Virus record (IMG/VR): IMGVR_UViG_3300031566_000035
Coordinates: 1 to 57,447 of that record
From: a virus
Taxonomy: Duplodnaviria > Caudoviricetes
Direction: 5' to 3' (one strand)
Length of the DNA: 57,447 nt
Shown here: piece after piece, positions 10,576 to 20,239 of the stretch
Layout of the letters: each line of letters begins with the position of its first letter
Numbering within the stretch: position 1 is the stretch's first letter
Notes under the pieces: model-generated
Told to the model about the DNA's origin: nothing
Database searches by the model: none
Seen by the model: the letters and a program-made list of their open reading frames with translations, nothing else
Position numbers and translations under genes: made by a program

Positions 10576-10887
10576 ATGAAAAAGCACACGATCGAGAAAA
10601 TAGATTTATGGGACTCAAAAAGACAAGGTGAATCATTCGACATTTCAACTCCTGATTCTTTTGCGGAAAAGAGATGTTCAGAATTGAACTTGATGGGAGA
10701 AGAATATAAGCATAATTATGTTTACATTATCAATCCGGAAAATAAAGACGGCTTTCCATTCGAGTTATATGAGACCGATTATTCATCGAGGGCACATGTA
10801 ACTCCGGTTGTAATTGGAATTTACAGGAAGCCTTTAAAATCGAAAAAAATGAAAACATCGATAAAAGAAGATGAAAAAATTATTTAA
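10576..10887 (+). CDS. Hypothetical protein
   Basis: 103 aa ORF, first gene after the promoter. Confidence 0.65.
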   Translation: MKKHTIEKIDLWDSKRQGESFDISTPDSFAEKRCSELNLMGEEYKHNYVYIINPENKDGFPFELYETDYSSRAHVTPVVIGIYRKPLKSKKMKTSIKEDEKII

Positions 10888-11137
10888 AATAATACATTTT
10901 ATTTTTATTTTTATTTTTATTTTGTTTGTTGTATTTACATGTGATTTAAAAGAACAAAAGTTGAGACGAGAAATGTTAAGGGTTTCTGATTTGCAAGATA
11001 AATACATTGAAAAATATTTAAAGCTGCCATTTAAAGGATCGTATGAATTGAAAAAAATATATAATGATTCGATACAATTATACCGTGATAGCGTGCATTA
11101 CTTTTATATCGAAATATATCCAAAAAATATACATTAA
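10871..11137 (+). CDS. Hypothetical membrane/lipoprotein-like protein
   Basis: Hydrophobic N-terminus ending FTC. Confidence 0.5.
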   Translation: MKKLFKIIHFIFIFIFILFVVFTCDLKEQKLRREMLRVSDLQDKYIEKYLKLPFKGSYELKKIYNDSIQLYRDSVHYFYIEIYPKNIH

Positions 11138-11159
11138 TAACAAAATCATAAAAGAAAGT

Positions 11160-11348
11160 ATGGAAAAAAAAGACATATGCCCTATTTTGAAGAAAATGGA
11201 GAAAGGCGAAAAGGAAGAGTATCCATCAGATCGGTATTCGACATTGAGAACATCCATTCACAGGATACAAACAGAAACCGGGAAAAGATTCTCATTGAGA
11301 AGATCGGCGAAACCATTAAATTCGCTTATTATCGAAAGGGTAAAATAA
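11160..11348 (+). CDS. Small basic putative DNA-binding protein
   Basis: MEKKDICPILKKMEKGE...; start reassigned to ATG 11160. Confidence 0.55.
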   Translation: MEKKDICPILKKMEKGEKEEYPSDRYSTLRTSIHRIQTETGKRFSLRRSAKPLNSLIIERVK

Positions 11349-11353
11349 AAATT

Positions 11354-11905
11354 ATGAAAATGGCAAGATTAGATTTGAATAGTGAAAAGAAACTCCGTAA
11401 AATTCCAATACTTATTACAAAGTGGAATGATGAAAATGTGGGATGGCGTGTTGAAATAGCAGACAATTATGAAGACTATAAACCTGTAAAACCGAATGAG
11501 GTAAATTTTGAGGACTTATCATTTCTTTTTGAGCACAATGTAGATACCCATGAAGATGACCGCCTACTATTTTATAGAAAAAAGGATGCGGTGGCATGTG
11601 CCGAATATATAAATAAAACTTACTTGAACAATAAATGTAAAGTGTGGCTTTACGGGGAATCGCGCCTGATAAATTCATGCCATCCAGTGCATGACAGTGC
11701 GCAGGCTATTGAAGATAAATTAGAACATTTAAAATTAAACGAGAAAGAATCGGAATTAGTAAGAATACTTTTAAGGATCGAATTTGATCGTGAAAAATCT
11801 GCTTATATTTATTCCAAAGAATATTACGAAAGAATAATTTCCATTTCAGAAAAGTTAGGACTTGAAAAGGAATTTATCCAAGACCTTAAAAAAGACATGA
11901 AATGA
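11354..11905 (+). CDS. Hypothetical protein
   Basis: Track ORF 11177..11905; likely start ATG 11354 after an A-rich leader. Confidence 0.6.
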   Translation: MKMARLDLNSEKKLRKIPILITKWNDENVGWRVEIADNYEDYKPVKPNEVNFEDLSFLFEHNVDTHEDDRLLFYRKKDAVACAEYINKTYLNNKCKVWLYGESRLINSCHPVHDSAQAIEDKLEHLKLNEKESELVRILLRIEFDREKSAYIYSKEYYERIISISEKLGLEKEFIQDLKKDMK

Positions 11906-12324
11906 AAAAAATAACAATAAAAAAAGATAAATCGCTTATTAAATTAGCGACACTTCTTGGCAGGTCCCCCGATTTGCTAATTGAACAAATGTTATCGGCG
12001 GCACAAAGAGAAGGATTGACGGACGATGTTTGCAATGTGCAGATGTTATTGGTCGATATTTTTGTGTTGCACGGGGATTTATATACAAACTCCGGGGCCT
12101 GCCTACTGTGTACGGGAAGCCATGATTCGAGGATAATAGAATTGTTCGAGAAACTTATTATTCGGGGCGTCGGTGATTGCCCTGAGTGCGGGTGCGAATC
12201 CGAAGAAAGCCCAAAAAACAGGTACACTCCATTAGGGCCGCACCCTTGCCTTGACCAACCAGAGATTATCGGCGATGAGCTAATGGTTTGCATGAAATGC
12301 AAAAATGAATTTTATAAAAAATAA
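11902..12324 (+). CDS. Hypothetical protein with C-terminal zinc ribbon
   Basis: CPECG and CMKCK pairs. Confidence 0.65.
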   Translation: MKKITIKKDKSLIKLATLLGRSPDLLIEQMLSAAQREGLTDDVCNVQMLLVDIFVLHGDLYTNSGACLLCTGSHDSRIIELFEKLIIRGVGDCPECGCESEESPKNRYTPLGPHPCLDQPEIIGDELMVCMKCKNEFYKK

Positions 12325-12331
12325 ATTTATT

Positions 12332-12658
12332 ATGAGTGAAAATATAAATACAATGACAACAGAACAAATTTATGAATTATTGATTGAGGCTTCAAAAGTT
12401 GAAACCTCTGGATTTAGAAAAAACAAAATACAATGCTTGTTAGGTGAGCAATCCGCTGGGTTTAATGGTGAATATTACGAAATTGAAGGATGTGTGGCTG
12501 GAATAAAGCCAATCCTCGATAAACTGTACTTAGATACGCTGGATAATAATCCAAAACTGTTACCTTCTCTATTGCCAGTTTTTGCAATAATATCGGGTGA
12601 ACGAGAAAAGGAACATATAGTTGCCGATGCTGATTGGAATTTCATTAATAGGCTATAA
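12332..12658 (+). CDS. Hypothetical protein
   Basis: ORF within the operon. Confidence 0.6.
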   Translation: MSENINTMTTEQIYELLIEASKVETSGFRKNKIQCLLGEQSAGFNGEYYEIEGCVAGIKPILDKLYLDTLDNNPKLLPSLLPVFAIISGEREKEHIVADADWNFINRL

Positions 12659-12680
12659 AGGCGGTTTTAAAACTAAAAAT

Positions 12681-12851
12681 ATGAAAACAGTAGACGATTA
12701 TTTGATTGCTCTTGAAAAAAAGGGCAATGATAAAAACGACCAACTCTTAACAAAGTTGCACGCTTTTTTGATGAACCAAAAAGCAAACGGAAAAGGGAAT
12801 ATGTCCGTAACGAATGTTGAAATGTTGAACTTGATAAATAAATATTTATGA
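12681..12851 (+). CDS. Small hypothetical protein
   Basis: MKTVDDYL...; ATGA overlap with next gene. Confidence 0.55.
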   Translation: MKTVDDYLIALEKKGNDKNDQLLTKLHAFLMNQKANGKGNMSVTNVEMLNLINKYL

Positions 12852-13669
12852 AGGCATTTTTTGTAAATCTGAACACAAAACAAATCCATGTACCAAATTC
12901 GAGGTGGTACGAGATCGGCGATTACACAAAGACAAAAATAGCATATCCCGGAGTAACCTCGATTTTACAAGTAAAGGCAAAGCAAGGATTGATGAACTGG
13001 CAGATCCAAATAACTAAATTAGGCATAGACCCAAAGGAACTTGGACGGAAGATGATGGACGAGGGCAGCAAGGTACATAATGCAGCAGAAAAATTAACGA
13101 ACGGTGAAACGTTGACGTATTCTGATGAATATGATTTTTATGGGGAATGGCTACCGATCTGTAGGTTCAAATCCGCGTTCGAGGAACTTGAAATAAAGCC
13201 TATCCTCATAGAACAAACCGTGTGGTCGAATAGGATGAAGTGTGCCGGGACATTGGATCAGTTATCATTCATCACATTGAAAGGACTTAAAAATCCGGTC
13301 TTGGCATTGATCGACCTGAAAAGGAGCGCAAACGCATACATAGATTACCAATGGCAAATATCAGCTTATAAGGAATGCTTGGTCGAAATGATCGAAAAAC
13401 AAGATAGCATGAGCAAATTCCTTGTATCTTATTTGTGCGATAAAATGAAAATGAGATCAAACGAGATACTCGATGAACTTAAAAAGACAAGGTGTTTTTT
13501 GCTCCTTTTGAACACGCCGACAAAAAAAGGGTGGAGATTGGCGGAGGTTGAAAATATCGAAACCAAACTTGCGGGATTCGAGGCTTGCAATACATTGTTC
13601 AAAGTGGAATACCCGAACTTGGAATATATACGTGAACTTTATCCAACTGAATTAACTTTAAATTTATAA
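12848..13669 (+). CDS. PD-(D/E)XK exonuclease (phage recombination nuclease)
   Basis: YPGVTSIL, GSKVH, AGTLD, LIDLK, WQISAY motifs. Confidence 0.85.
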   Translation: MKAFFVNLNTKQIHVPNSRWYEIGDYTKTKIAYPGVTSILQVKAKQGLMNWQIQITKLGIDPKELGRKMMDEGSKVHNAAEKLTNGETLTYSDEYDFYGEWLPICRFKSAFEELEIKPILIEQTVWSNRMKCAGTLDQLSFITLKGLKNPVLALIDLKRSANAYIDYQWQISAYKECLVEMIEKQDSMSKFLVSYLCDKMKMRSNEILDELKKTRCFLLLLNTPTKKGWRLAEVENIETKLAGFEACNTLFKVEYPNLEYIRELYPTELTLNL

Positions 13670-13672
13670 AAA

Positions 13673-14437
13673 ATGAATTACAGAGACAAATTAAAAGAAT
13701 CGCAAGGGGACAACCAGTCATTCCCAAAATTAATACCCGATTTATTTATCGAGGTAAAGGACAACAACGGAGTACCATCATTTTCTTTTTGGGATAAGGA
13801 TTTGGAGAAACGCAAATACAATCCAAAACCTATTGTTGGAGTATTGATAGGCAAATGTATTGCCGCATCTATCTATGACGACCAGCTTGGCCCAAAAGGC
13901 GGAACTTATAAGAGTTCATATTATCTTAACAATAACAATCAAATTGTGCTATTTGGCAATGGGGGAAAAATTGAGGTTAAGGGAACTATTGAAGATTTGG
14001 AACGGTTCGCAAATGGATGTACCGGAAATTTATCTAAAAAACAAGTATTATTGGTTCTTACAGATAATGGCTTGATGGCCGTTTCAACAAATCTAACCCT
14101 GTCTATCGGGCAGCTATCTTCTATTGGAACCGATGTTTTTTTAGATAAAAATATCATTCTTACTCCAACTCTTTACAATCCCGATGACATAGAAATTTCT
14201 TCTAAAACTAAAAAATATCTTGGCAAATTCGCAGCTACAAACAAACCTAAATACGCGTCCATTTCAATTGGAGGGAATATTGACGATACCATGCAAGGAT
14301 TAAGCGAGGCTGCCGATATGTTTATTGAATGGCGGAATCATATAAATAAAGGCGGTGATGTTATTGTAGAAATAAACGAAGATATACATGAACATTCCAT
14401 TGATGACATTCCGCCAGAAGATGATTTGCCTTTTTGA
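13673..14437 (+). CDS. Putative ssDNA-binding/annealing protein
   Basis: Follows the exonuclease; acidic tail ending DDLPF. Confidence 0.6.
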   Translation: MNYRDKLKESQGDNQSFPKLIPDLFIEVKDNNGVPSFSFWDKDLEKRKYNPKPIVGVLIGKCIAASIYDDQLGPKGGTYKSSYYLNNNNQIVLFGNGGKIEVKGTIEDLERFANGCTGNLSKKQVLLVLTDNGLMAVSTNLTLSIGQLSSIGTDVFLDKNIILTPTLYNPDDIEISSKTKKYLGKFAATNKPKYASISIGGNIDDTMQGLSEAADMFIEWRNHINKGGDVIVEINEDIHEHSIDDIPPEDDLPF

Positions 14438-14479
14438 TTTAATAAGATACCCATATTTGTGCTTTGGTTAATAATGGAT

Positions 14480-14527
14480 TCCGGCAATTTAATTGGGATA
14501 GCAGGTTCGATTCCTGCTGCCGGATCA
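14480..14527 (+). ncRNA. tRNA-like minihelix (acceptor stem plus T arm only)
   Basis: TCCGGCA/TGCCGGA 7-bp stem, GCAGG-TTCGATT-CCTGC T arm, only 14 nt in place of the D and anticodon arms. Confidence 0.6.
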
Positions 14528-14575
14528 AAAAATTAAACATAAAAAACACAAAAAAATATAAAAATCAGAAAAATT

Positions 14576-14845
14576 ATGAAAATAGAACTTTCTTACAAAC
14601 ATTCAAAACTTGACAAAACACAACAATTCGGATTGGTTATAAATGGAATTAATGAAGATTACGCACGATGGGTGTTTTTTTATTTGGGGAAATATCTGGG
14701 TGTAAAAGAACCGTCAATTTTCCCGTATAAAATTGGAGAAATTTTATATGATTATAAACATCTCAACGATGCGGAACGACAAGGATTGCTGATAGCCAAT
14801 AAAATCGTTAAAAAATTAAAAAAATCAGAACCGATTGTATTTTAG
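14576..14845 (+). CDS. Hypothetical protein
   Basis: 89 aa ORF. Confidence 0.6.
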   Translation: MKIELSYKHSKLDKTQQFGLVINGINEDYARWVFFYLGKYLGVKEPSIFPYKIGEILYDYKHLNDAERQGLLIANKIVKKLKKSEPIVF

Positions 14846-14885
14846 ATGGGCCAATTAATTATTTTATAGATTATAAATAAATATC

Positions 14886-15113
14886 ATGAAAAAAACGCAA
14901 TTACAAAAAGTCAAAGACCATTTAGAACTTTATGGAAGTATAACTACAATGTGCGCATTCAATCGTTATGGGATAACAAGATTGAGCGAACACATAAGAA
15001 AATTGAGGAACGAATATTATTGGAGCATCCCGGACGAATGGATTTGTCCATTCAAAGGTAATAGATATAAAGTTTATAAATTTAAAAACAATGCTGAAAA
15101 TAAAGAAGTTTAA
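14886..15113 (+). CDS. Winged helix-turn-helix protein
   Basis: HLELYGSIT...YGITRLSEHIRKLR pattern of small phage wHTH proteins. Confidence 0.75.
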   Translation: MKKTQLQKVKDHLELYGSITTMCAFNRYGITRLSEHIRKLRNEYYWSIPDEWICPFKGNRYKVYKFKNNAENKEV

Positions 15114-15154
15114 AATATTGAAGCGGATAAAAATCAGGTAACGAAACATAAAAA

Positions 15155-15601
15155 ATGAGGGAAATTTCTACGTATGGAAATATTGAAAGCGGGAAATTAA
15201 AAATCTATAAGAAAAGAGAATTCTTGGAAAGTATAGAAATCCTTGGTGGGAATAAAAAAGTCCGTGTTGAAATAATAATAAAAAAACTTTATAAAAAACG
15301 CAGCAATGAACAAAACAGGTATTATTGGGGATATATAATAATGGAATTTTGCAGGGGGTTCAAAGAAACAACAGGTGAAATAATATCAAAGGAACAAGCT
15401 CATGAATTTCTTAAAAGTAAATTCCTTTATATTGAATTCGTAAATGAAGAACATGGAACAATAGAGCGCATTCCAAGACAGTCATCAAAATTGACAACTG
15501 TTGAGTGGATCGAATTCAATGATGAATGCGGGAAATTTATAACCGAATGGTTCGGGATAACAATACTTGAACCTAATCAACAATCTGAATTAATATTTTA
15601 A
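15155..15601 (+). CDS. NinB-like recombination protein
   Basis: KRSNEQNRYYWG, HEFLK, SSKLTTVE motifs. Confidence 0.7.
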   Translation: MREISTYGNIESGKLKIYKKREFLESIEILGGNKKVRVEIIIKKLYKKRSNEQNRYYWGYIIMEFCRGFKETTGEIISKEQAHEFLKSKFLYIEFVNEEHGTIERIPRQSSKLTTVEWIEFNDECGKFITEWFGITILEPNQQSELIF

Positions 15602-15724
15602 GACAATGGAATTATTCTGGGTTCAAACAATACGATTGATAATAATATGCTTGATTTGCTTTGCTGTTCTCGTGATCGGATACAAAAATGCAAGAAGAAA
15701 TTAATAACTAAAAAGATAAAAATC

Positions 15725-15937
15725 ATGATAGGAACACAAATAAAAAATGGCTTTATAGACTTTGCAAAAACAGACTTTAGCTGTCCAAATTGCGGGAAAG
15801 AATACAACGATACAGATGATAAGTTTTTAAAAAGATGCCAAAGAAATAAAAGTGGAACAACTAAAATAAAATGCGAATGCAGGAAGCCGTTTTTCATGAC
15901 TTATAATTATAAGTCAGATGCTGTGTCATTTTTATAA
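15725..15937 (+). CDS. Zinc-ribbon protein
   Basis: CPNCG and CEC motifs; likely start 15725. Confidence 0.65.
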   Translation: MIGTQIKNGFIDFAKTDFSCPNCGKEYNDTDDKFLKRCQRNKSGTTKIKCECRKPFFMTYNYKSDAVSFL

Positions 15938-15975
15938 TATAACCAACGATAGATAAATTTTCAAATTATAACAAA

Positions 15976-16257
15976 ATGAAAAACGAAGCAAAAAAGATTG
16001 ATAACAAACAAGGCAATGGAGTTTTACCGTGTGTTAGCGGTTCGTTTTCATGGAAAAAACTTCTACACAACTTTTGTTATTGGACAAATCCATTTTATAT
16101 GCTATCAACTGATTTAAAGAATAGTCCAAAAGCGCAGGCATTTATTGTAGAGCATTTCGGACATATACTTGAGCCAATAGTAATTTGGTTATCTAAAATG
16201 TTGTATTGCGCCATTAAGGCTTGTGCGCATAGCATCCGTTACGCTAAGAAAGGCTAA
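15976..16257 (+). CDS. Chimeric hypothetical protein at the degenerate left end of array 1
   Basis: Reads through orphan GTT arms at 16033 and 16200. Confidence 0.5.
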   Translation: MKNEAKKIDNKQGNGVLPCVSGSFSWKKLLHNFCYWTNPFYMLSTDLKNSPKAQAFIVEHFGHILEPIVIWLSKMLYCAIKACAHSIRYAKKG

Positions 16258-16284
16258 TTGAGTGATTTAAAAAGTTTTGAAATT

Positions 16285-16785
16285 ATGACTCATAAAGAAG
16301 AAAGAGAATTTATTCGACTAAAGTTTAATGGTAGATGTGCGTATTGCGGAAACCCATTGCCTAATAAGTGGCACGTAGACCATAAAATTCCAGTTGTTAG
16401 AAATAAAGAGTTTAATTATGAAAAAAACAAATGGGTTTCCGCAGGCTTTGAGAATCCAGAGAATGACAATATTGAAAACAAAATACCATCTTGTCCAAGT
16501 TGTAACATTAATAAACACTCATTGAGCGTAGATCAATTTCGTAGTTTGATTTCTGGATTTATAAAATCATTAAATAGAGACTCTGTGCAATATAAGGTAT
16601 CTAAAAGATATGGGTTGATACAAGAAATTGATAGGGATGTAGAATTTTATTTTGAAAAATTTCAAAACGAAAATCACGTCCCGTCGGTTTGCAAGTGTAT
16701 AAACTGGCATCCTTCAATTAAAGCAGATATGGGTAAAAAAGCAAGATGTTCGCATTGTGGTAAATTACGGCAAACTTATTGCTAA
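16285..16785 (+). CDS. HNH endonuclease with fused C-terminal Cys-rich tail
   Basis: CAYCG...VDHKIP...N..PSCPSCN motif; stop codon lies in CTAAC. Confidence 0.85.
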   Translation: MTHKEEREFIRLKFNGRCAYCGNPLPNKWHVDHKIPVVRNKEFNYEKNKWVSAGFENPENDNIENKIPSCPSCNINKHSLSVDQFRSLISGFIKSLNRDSVQYKVSKRYGLIQEIDRDVEFYFEKFQNENHVPSVCKCINWHPSIKADMGKKARCSHCGKLRQTYC

Positions 16786-16842
16786 CGGTGGTGTATGACA
16801 CGTTTGAATTAAACAGACATTAATTAAAAATACTATACAGTT

Positions 16843-17085
16843 ATGAAAAACACTAAATATACAAATACAGACTACGTGCAAATGTGTTATGACACGTTGT
16901 TAGCACCCGTTGTTTGGGGCGTTAATAAATTCGGACAAGAAGTAAAAGAACATGATAAGCTAAGTTGTGGCAATGGACACGATACTTGGTTTACTCACGT
17001 AATGTTTGACACACAAAGAAACTGTTGGCACAGGGAGCAAGACTATTACCACAGCCGAGTGGTTGGTTTTTACAATGGGTGCTAA
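16843..17085 (+). CDS. Cassette hypothetical protein
   Basis: Starts in attC loop, crosses GTT 16899, stops at TAAC. Confidence 0.7.
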   Translation: MKNTKYTNTDYVQMCYDTLLAPVVWGVNKFGQEVKEHDKLSCGNGHDTWFTHVMFDTQRNCWHREQDYYHSRVVGFYNGC

Positions 17086-17134
17086 CGGTTTGTGTTTGTG
17101 TAGTGCGTGAAATATGCACAAAATTTGATACGAG

Positions 17135-17335
17135 ATGAAAAAAACAATTTTATTTAACGACTTCTGTGCTAATAAAAAATGTGAAGAATATATTGCATGG
17201 AATTATGATGTCGAAGGTTGTCCAGTAGACTGTGAAAGTTGTAAACTGGTAGGACAAAGCCATGACATTACGGAATATCCTAAAAATTGTTTGTTTTTGA
17301 ATGACATACAAAAGTTTGAACGAGGCAGAAAGTAA
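17135..17335 (+). CDS. Cys-rich cassette protein inside an attC-like loop
   Basis: 66 aa with six Cys. Confidence 0.65.
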   Translation: MKKTILFNDFCANKKCEEYIAWNYDVEGCPVDCESCKLVGQSHDITEYPKNCLFLNDIQKFERGRK

Positions 17336-17476
17336 GCATGGAATTTACGCATTGTTAGCGTTATTGTGTTTTGCGAAACTATTTTGCTTCAACTTAGATT
17401 AAACTTTGTTGAGCAAAATATTAACGCTAACGGTTTAGGTATGGCATGTAATTTTACGAATTAAAAGAACGAAATA

Positions 17477-17719
17477 ATGGAAACAAAAGTATTAGAAATT
17501 ATTAAAGATGAAAGTGAAAAAGCAGATGTTAGAAAATACACCTGCATTAACGGATTTGGATATTCGCAGTTTGAACGCAATATAGCAGATAGGGTAGTAA
17601 AATTATTTGCTATACCACGTGTTACAAACTGGCGTTTTTGGTATGACAACCGAAACAACAGGATTGTAGGATTTATAGTTGGATTGATTACAGGCATGGC
17701 TATTTACGCTTGTTTGTAA
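17477..17719 (+). CDS. Cassette protein with C-terminal TM
   Basis: Crosses GTT 17621, stops at TAAC. Confidence 0.7.
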   Translation: METKVLEIIKDESEKADVRKYTCINGFGYSQFERNIADRVVKLFAIPRVTNWRFWYDNRNNRIVGFIVGLITGMAIYACL

Positions 17720-17868
17720 CGTTGACGCTATGAAAAGTAGCGGAAATCGAAGCACTTAACTATCAAATTACGATGAATTTAAATAAAATTATAAACCACC
17801 AAACAGCACCGACACCGCTATTTTTTATAGCATGTGTTATGCGCTGGGCGGTATAATAACAAATAATT

Positions 17869-18117
17869 ATGAAAAGTAATGATAAACCCGTAAACCCAAC
17901 TCCAATAGCTGGAGGTGATGAATCAGTAGTAAATATTCATTCAATGGCTAATAGTACAGGAATGACAGAAGGAATTACATTGCGTGAACATTTTGCATCA
18001 ATGGCTATGCAAGGATTATTAAGTCAACATAATCTAAAACAGCCTACTGACCAACAAATAATATGTCAACTTAGCGTTGAATTAGCCGATACGTTGCTTG
18101 ATGAACTCGCAAAGTAG
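17869..18117 (+). CDS. Conserved phage hypothetical protein (GxTLRExFA.MAMQG family)
   Basis: GITLREHFASMAMQGLL...ADTLL motif. Confidence 0.75.
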   Translation: MKSNDKPVNPTPIAGGDESVVNIHSMANSTGMTEGITLREHFASMAMQGLLSQHNLKQPTDQQIICQLSVELADTLLDELAK

Positions 18118-18238
18118 CCTTGCGCATAACGGTTTGGCTATGTTTTGAAGCCTAACCACAACCACAAATGATTGAATTTAGTATAAACTTGACAAAGGCT
18201 TTTAAATATAGCTTTTGTTATAAACTGAAAAAAAAATT

Positions 18239-18388
18239 ATGGCAACAACTATTTGGTTGATACTATCCTTGATTGAAAAAGAGCCGATACCTAACTTTTT
18301 GCAAAGCAATGGCAGTTGGGTTAGTTCGTGGATACCTGCATTATTGCTTGATTTATTCGTTATTTACATAATTTTTTATTGTTTATAA
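18239..18388 (+). CDS. 49-aa membrane peptide cassette
   Basis: MATTIWLILSLI...IYIIFYCL fills body 18217-18389 and stops at TAAC. Confidence 0.55.
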   Translation: MATTIWLILSLIEKEPIPNFLQSNGSWVSSWIPALLLDLFVIYIIFYCL

Positions 18389-18427
18389 CGAAAAAGTATA
18401 TGAACTGAAATTAAAATTTTTTGAGCG

Positions 18428-18640
18428 ATGGCAAGAACTAAAGGAAGCGGTTGGGGTGGTGGAACTATCCTATACCAAAAATGCCCTAAATGCGGCAAAA
18501 AGAAAGTAATGTATGATGGTGGTAGCGGAATAAGAGATTTAACCTCAATTCCGTTTAAATGCACCTCATGTAAGCATAGGTTTAATGACTCTGATTTGAT
18601 TAGAGAGCAATACGCAGCAAAAGCGGGTAGGCAATTTTAA
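18428..18640 (+). CDS. Zinc-ribbon protein inside an attC-like loop
   Basis: CPKCG and CTSCK pairs. Confidence 0.75.
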   Translation: MARTKGSGWGGGTILYQKCPKCGKKKVMYDGGSGIRDLTSIPFKCTSCKHRFNDSDLIREQYAAKAGRQF

Positions 18641-18820
18641 TTTTTGTTTATATACAGTGTTGTATTGAGCGCAGCGGCGTTTTAATGCAATACAACGTAT
18701 GGTAATATGAAAAGTTGGCTTTGTAGTCACTTTCAGTTTACCATCGCAGCTTGATAGCCAATTTTTTATATTACGTGTTATCGGCTGCCTTTTATTGTTA
18801 AATTATTAAATATCAAATAA

Positions 18821-19204
18821 ATGAAAAGAGAAATATTATTTAAAGGAAAATCGGTTAATACTGGCGAATGGGTTGAAAGTATGACTATTGCAAAAGGAAC
18901 TATTAAACGCAAAAAAGATGATGTGTTTATGGAGATTGGCGAAAATAAATGGATAGGTATTGAACCTAAATCATTAAGCCAATTTATAAACCAAAAGGAT
19001 AAAAACGGCAAAAAGATTTTTGAAGGCGATTATGATGCCGATGGTAATTGTGTTGTTTGGTGTGAAAACTGTAATGGTTTTGAATTTGCTGCTATAGATG
19101 TACCAACTAAAGATATTTGCATACCATGCCATAGATGCGATGGAAATTTCTTCTTTGGCGACCAAATAAACGACTTTGAGATTGTCGGAAATATTGCGGA
19201 CTAA
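18821..19204 (+). CDS. YopX family protein
   Basis: MKREILFKGK...DKNGKKIFEGD...EIVGNI. Confidence 0.85.
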   Translation: MKREILFKGKSVNTGEWVESMTIAKGTIKRKKDDVFMEIGENKWIGIEPKSLSQFINQKDKNGKKIFEGDYDADGNCVVWCENCNGFEFAAIDVPTKDICIPCHRCDGNFFFGDQINDFEIVGNIAD

Positions 19205-19299
19205 GGTTGCCGATAACGAATAGTGGTAAGCGGTCGTTTTAATGCCGTTTACCACGTGTTACCGGCTGACACGGATTATTAACCACTAAAGATTATTAA

Positions 19300-20139
19300 A
19301 TGAACGAATGTAGCAATAACAGTTTTTTGAGCGTTGGCAAAAACGGCTTTGCCGAACTTACACACGGCTCACTTTTTAGTGGCGTTGGCGGGTTTGAAGA
19401 AGGCTCTGAGCTGGCAGGAATAAAGACTATTTGGAATTGTGAACTTGAAAATTACCAAAGTAAAATATTAAAGCAAAATTACAATGAAAGCAAACAATAT
19501 AGAGATATTACAGAAGCCGAAATCAAAGAGCGAGTTAGCATCATTAGTGGAGGTTTTCCGTGCCAAGACATTAGCGTTGCGGGAAAAATGGAAGGTATCA
19601 CAGGTAAACGCTCTGGGCTTTGGAGTGAGATGTTTAGAATTATTAGGGACATTAGACCTTACTACGTCATCATTGAAAACTCGCCAGCTTTGCTTATTCG
19701 AGGATTTGAACAAGTCTTATGCGACCTTTCCAAAATCGGGTATAATGCAGAATGGCAAAGTATTTCAAACATCGCTTTTGGATACCCACACAAGAGAGAA
19801 AGATTATACGCTATTGCCTACGCCAACGAAATCGGATTACAAAGCGACATTTGCACAGGTGACGGCTTTAACTCGATATTTAGAAAGTGGACACCAAATC
19901 AGAATGATGGATATTCTTTGTCAAAAAGGATTCACGAAATCGGAGCGTGTGAAGATATTAGAAATGGTGATGGGTTTCAATCCTGGACACACAGAGTTGG
20001 AAGCATAGGAAATGCAGTAAACCCAACAGTTGCCTACTATTTATTTGAATGTATTAAGCATCATTTTTTAAAAAGGAGGGGAGAAAAAACTGTTATTGCG
20101 GACTTACAGCAGATAACTCGATTAAATGTATCGGCGTAG
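19300..20139 (+). CDS. C5 cytosine DNA methyltransferase, alpha chain
   Basis: LFSGVGG (I), GGFPCQD (IV), ENS (VI), HKRERLY (VIII), GNAV (X); motif IX not seen. Confidence 0.92.
   Translation: MNECSNNSFLSVGKNGFAELTHGSLFSGVGGFEEGSELAGIKTIWNCELENYQSKILKQNYNESKQYRDITEAEIKERVSIISGGFPCQDISVAGKMEGITGKRSGLWSEMFRIIRDIRPYYVIIENSPALLIRGFEQVLCDLSKIGYNAEWQSISNIAFGYPHKRERLYAIAYANEIGLQSDICTGDGFNSIFRKWTPNQNDGYSLSKRIHEIGACEDIRNGDGFQSWTHRVGSIGNAVNPTVAYYLFECIKHHFLKRRGEKTVIADLQQITRLNVSA
19484..20008 (+). CDS. Overlapping alternative-frame ORF, putative methyltransferase beta chain
   Basis: Nested in the +1 frame; LLPTPTKSD and terminal LEMVMGFNPGHT resembling motif IX; true start uncertain. Confidence 0.7.
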   Translation: MKANNIEILQKPKSKSELASLVEVFRAKTLALREKWKVSQVNALGFGVRCLELLGTLDLTTSSLKTRQLCLFEDLNKSYATFPKSGIMQNGKVFQTSLLDTHTREKDYTLLPTPTKSDYKATFAQVTALTRYLESGHQIRMMDILCQKGFTKSERVKILEMVMGFNPGHTELEA

Positions 20140-20239
20140 TGTTTGCTGGTAACGGTTTGGCTATGCACCGTATGAGGAACGAATATGGGGTATAGGTGTT
20201 GTTACCCACCTGTACCGATTTAATAACGAAAAACTTTAA

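Noticed and set aside
14480-14527. Functional tRNA gene
   Set aside because: No D arm or anticodon arm; kept only as a tRNA-like element
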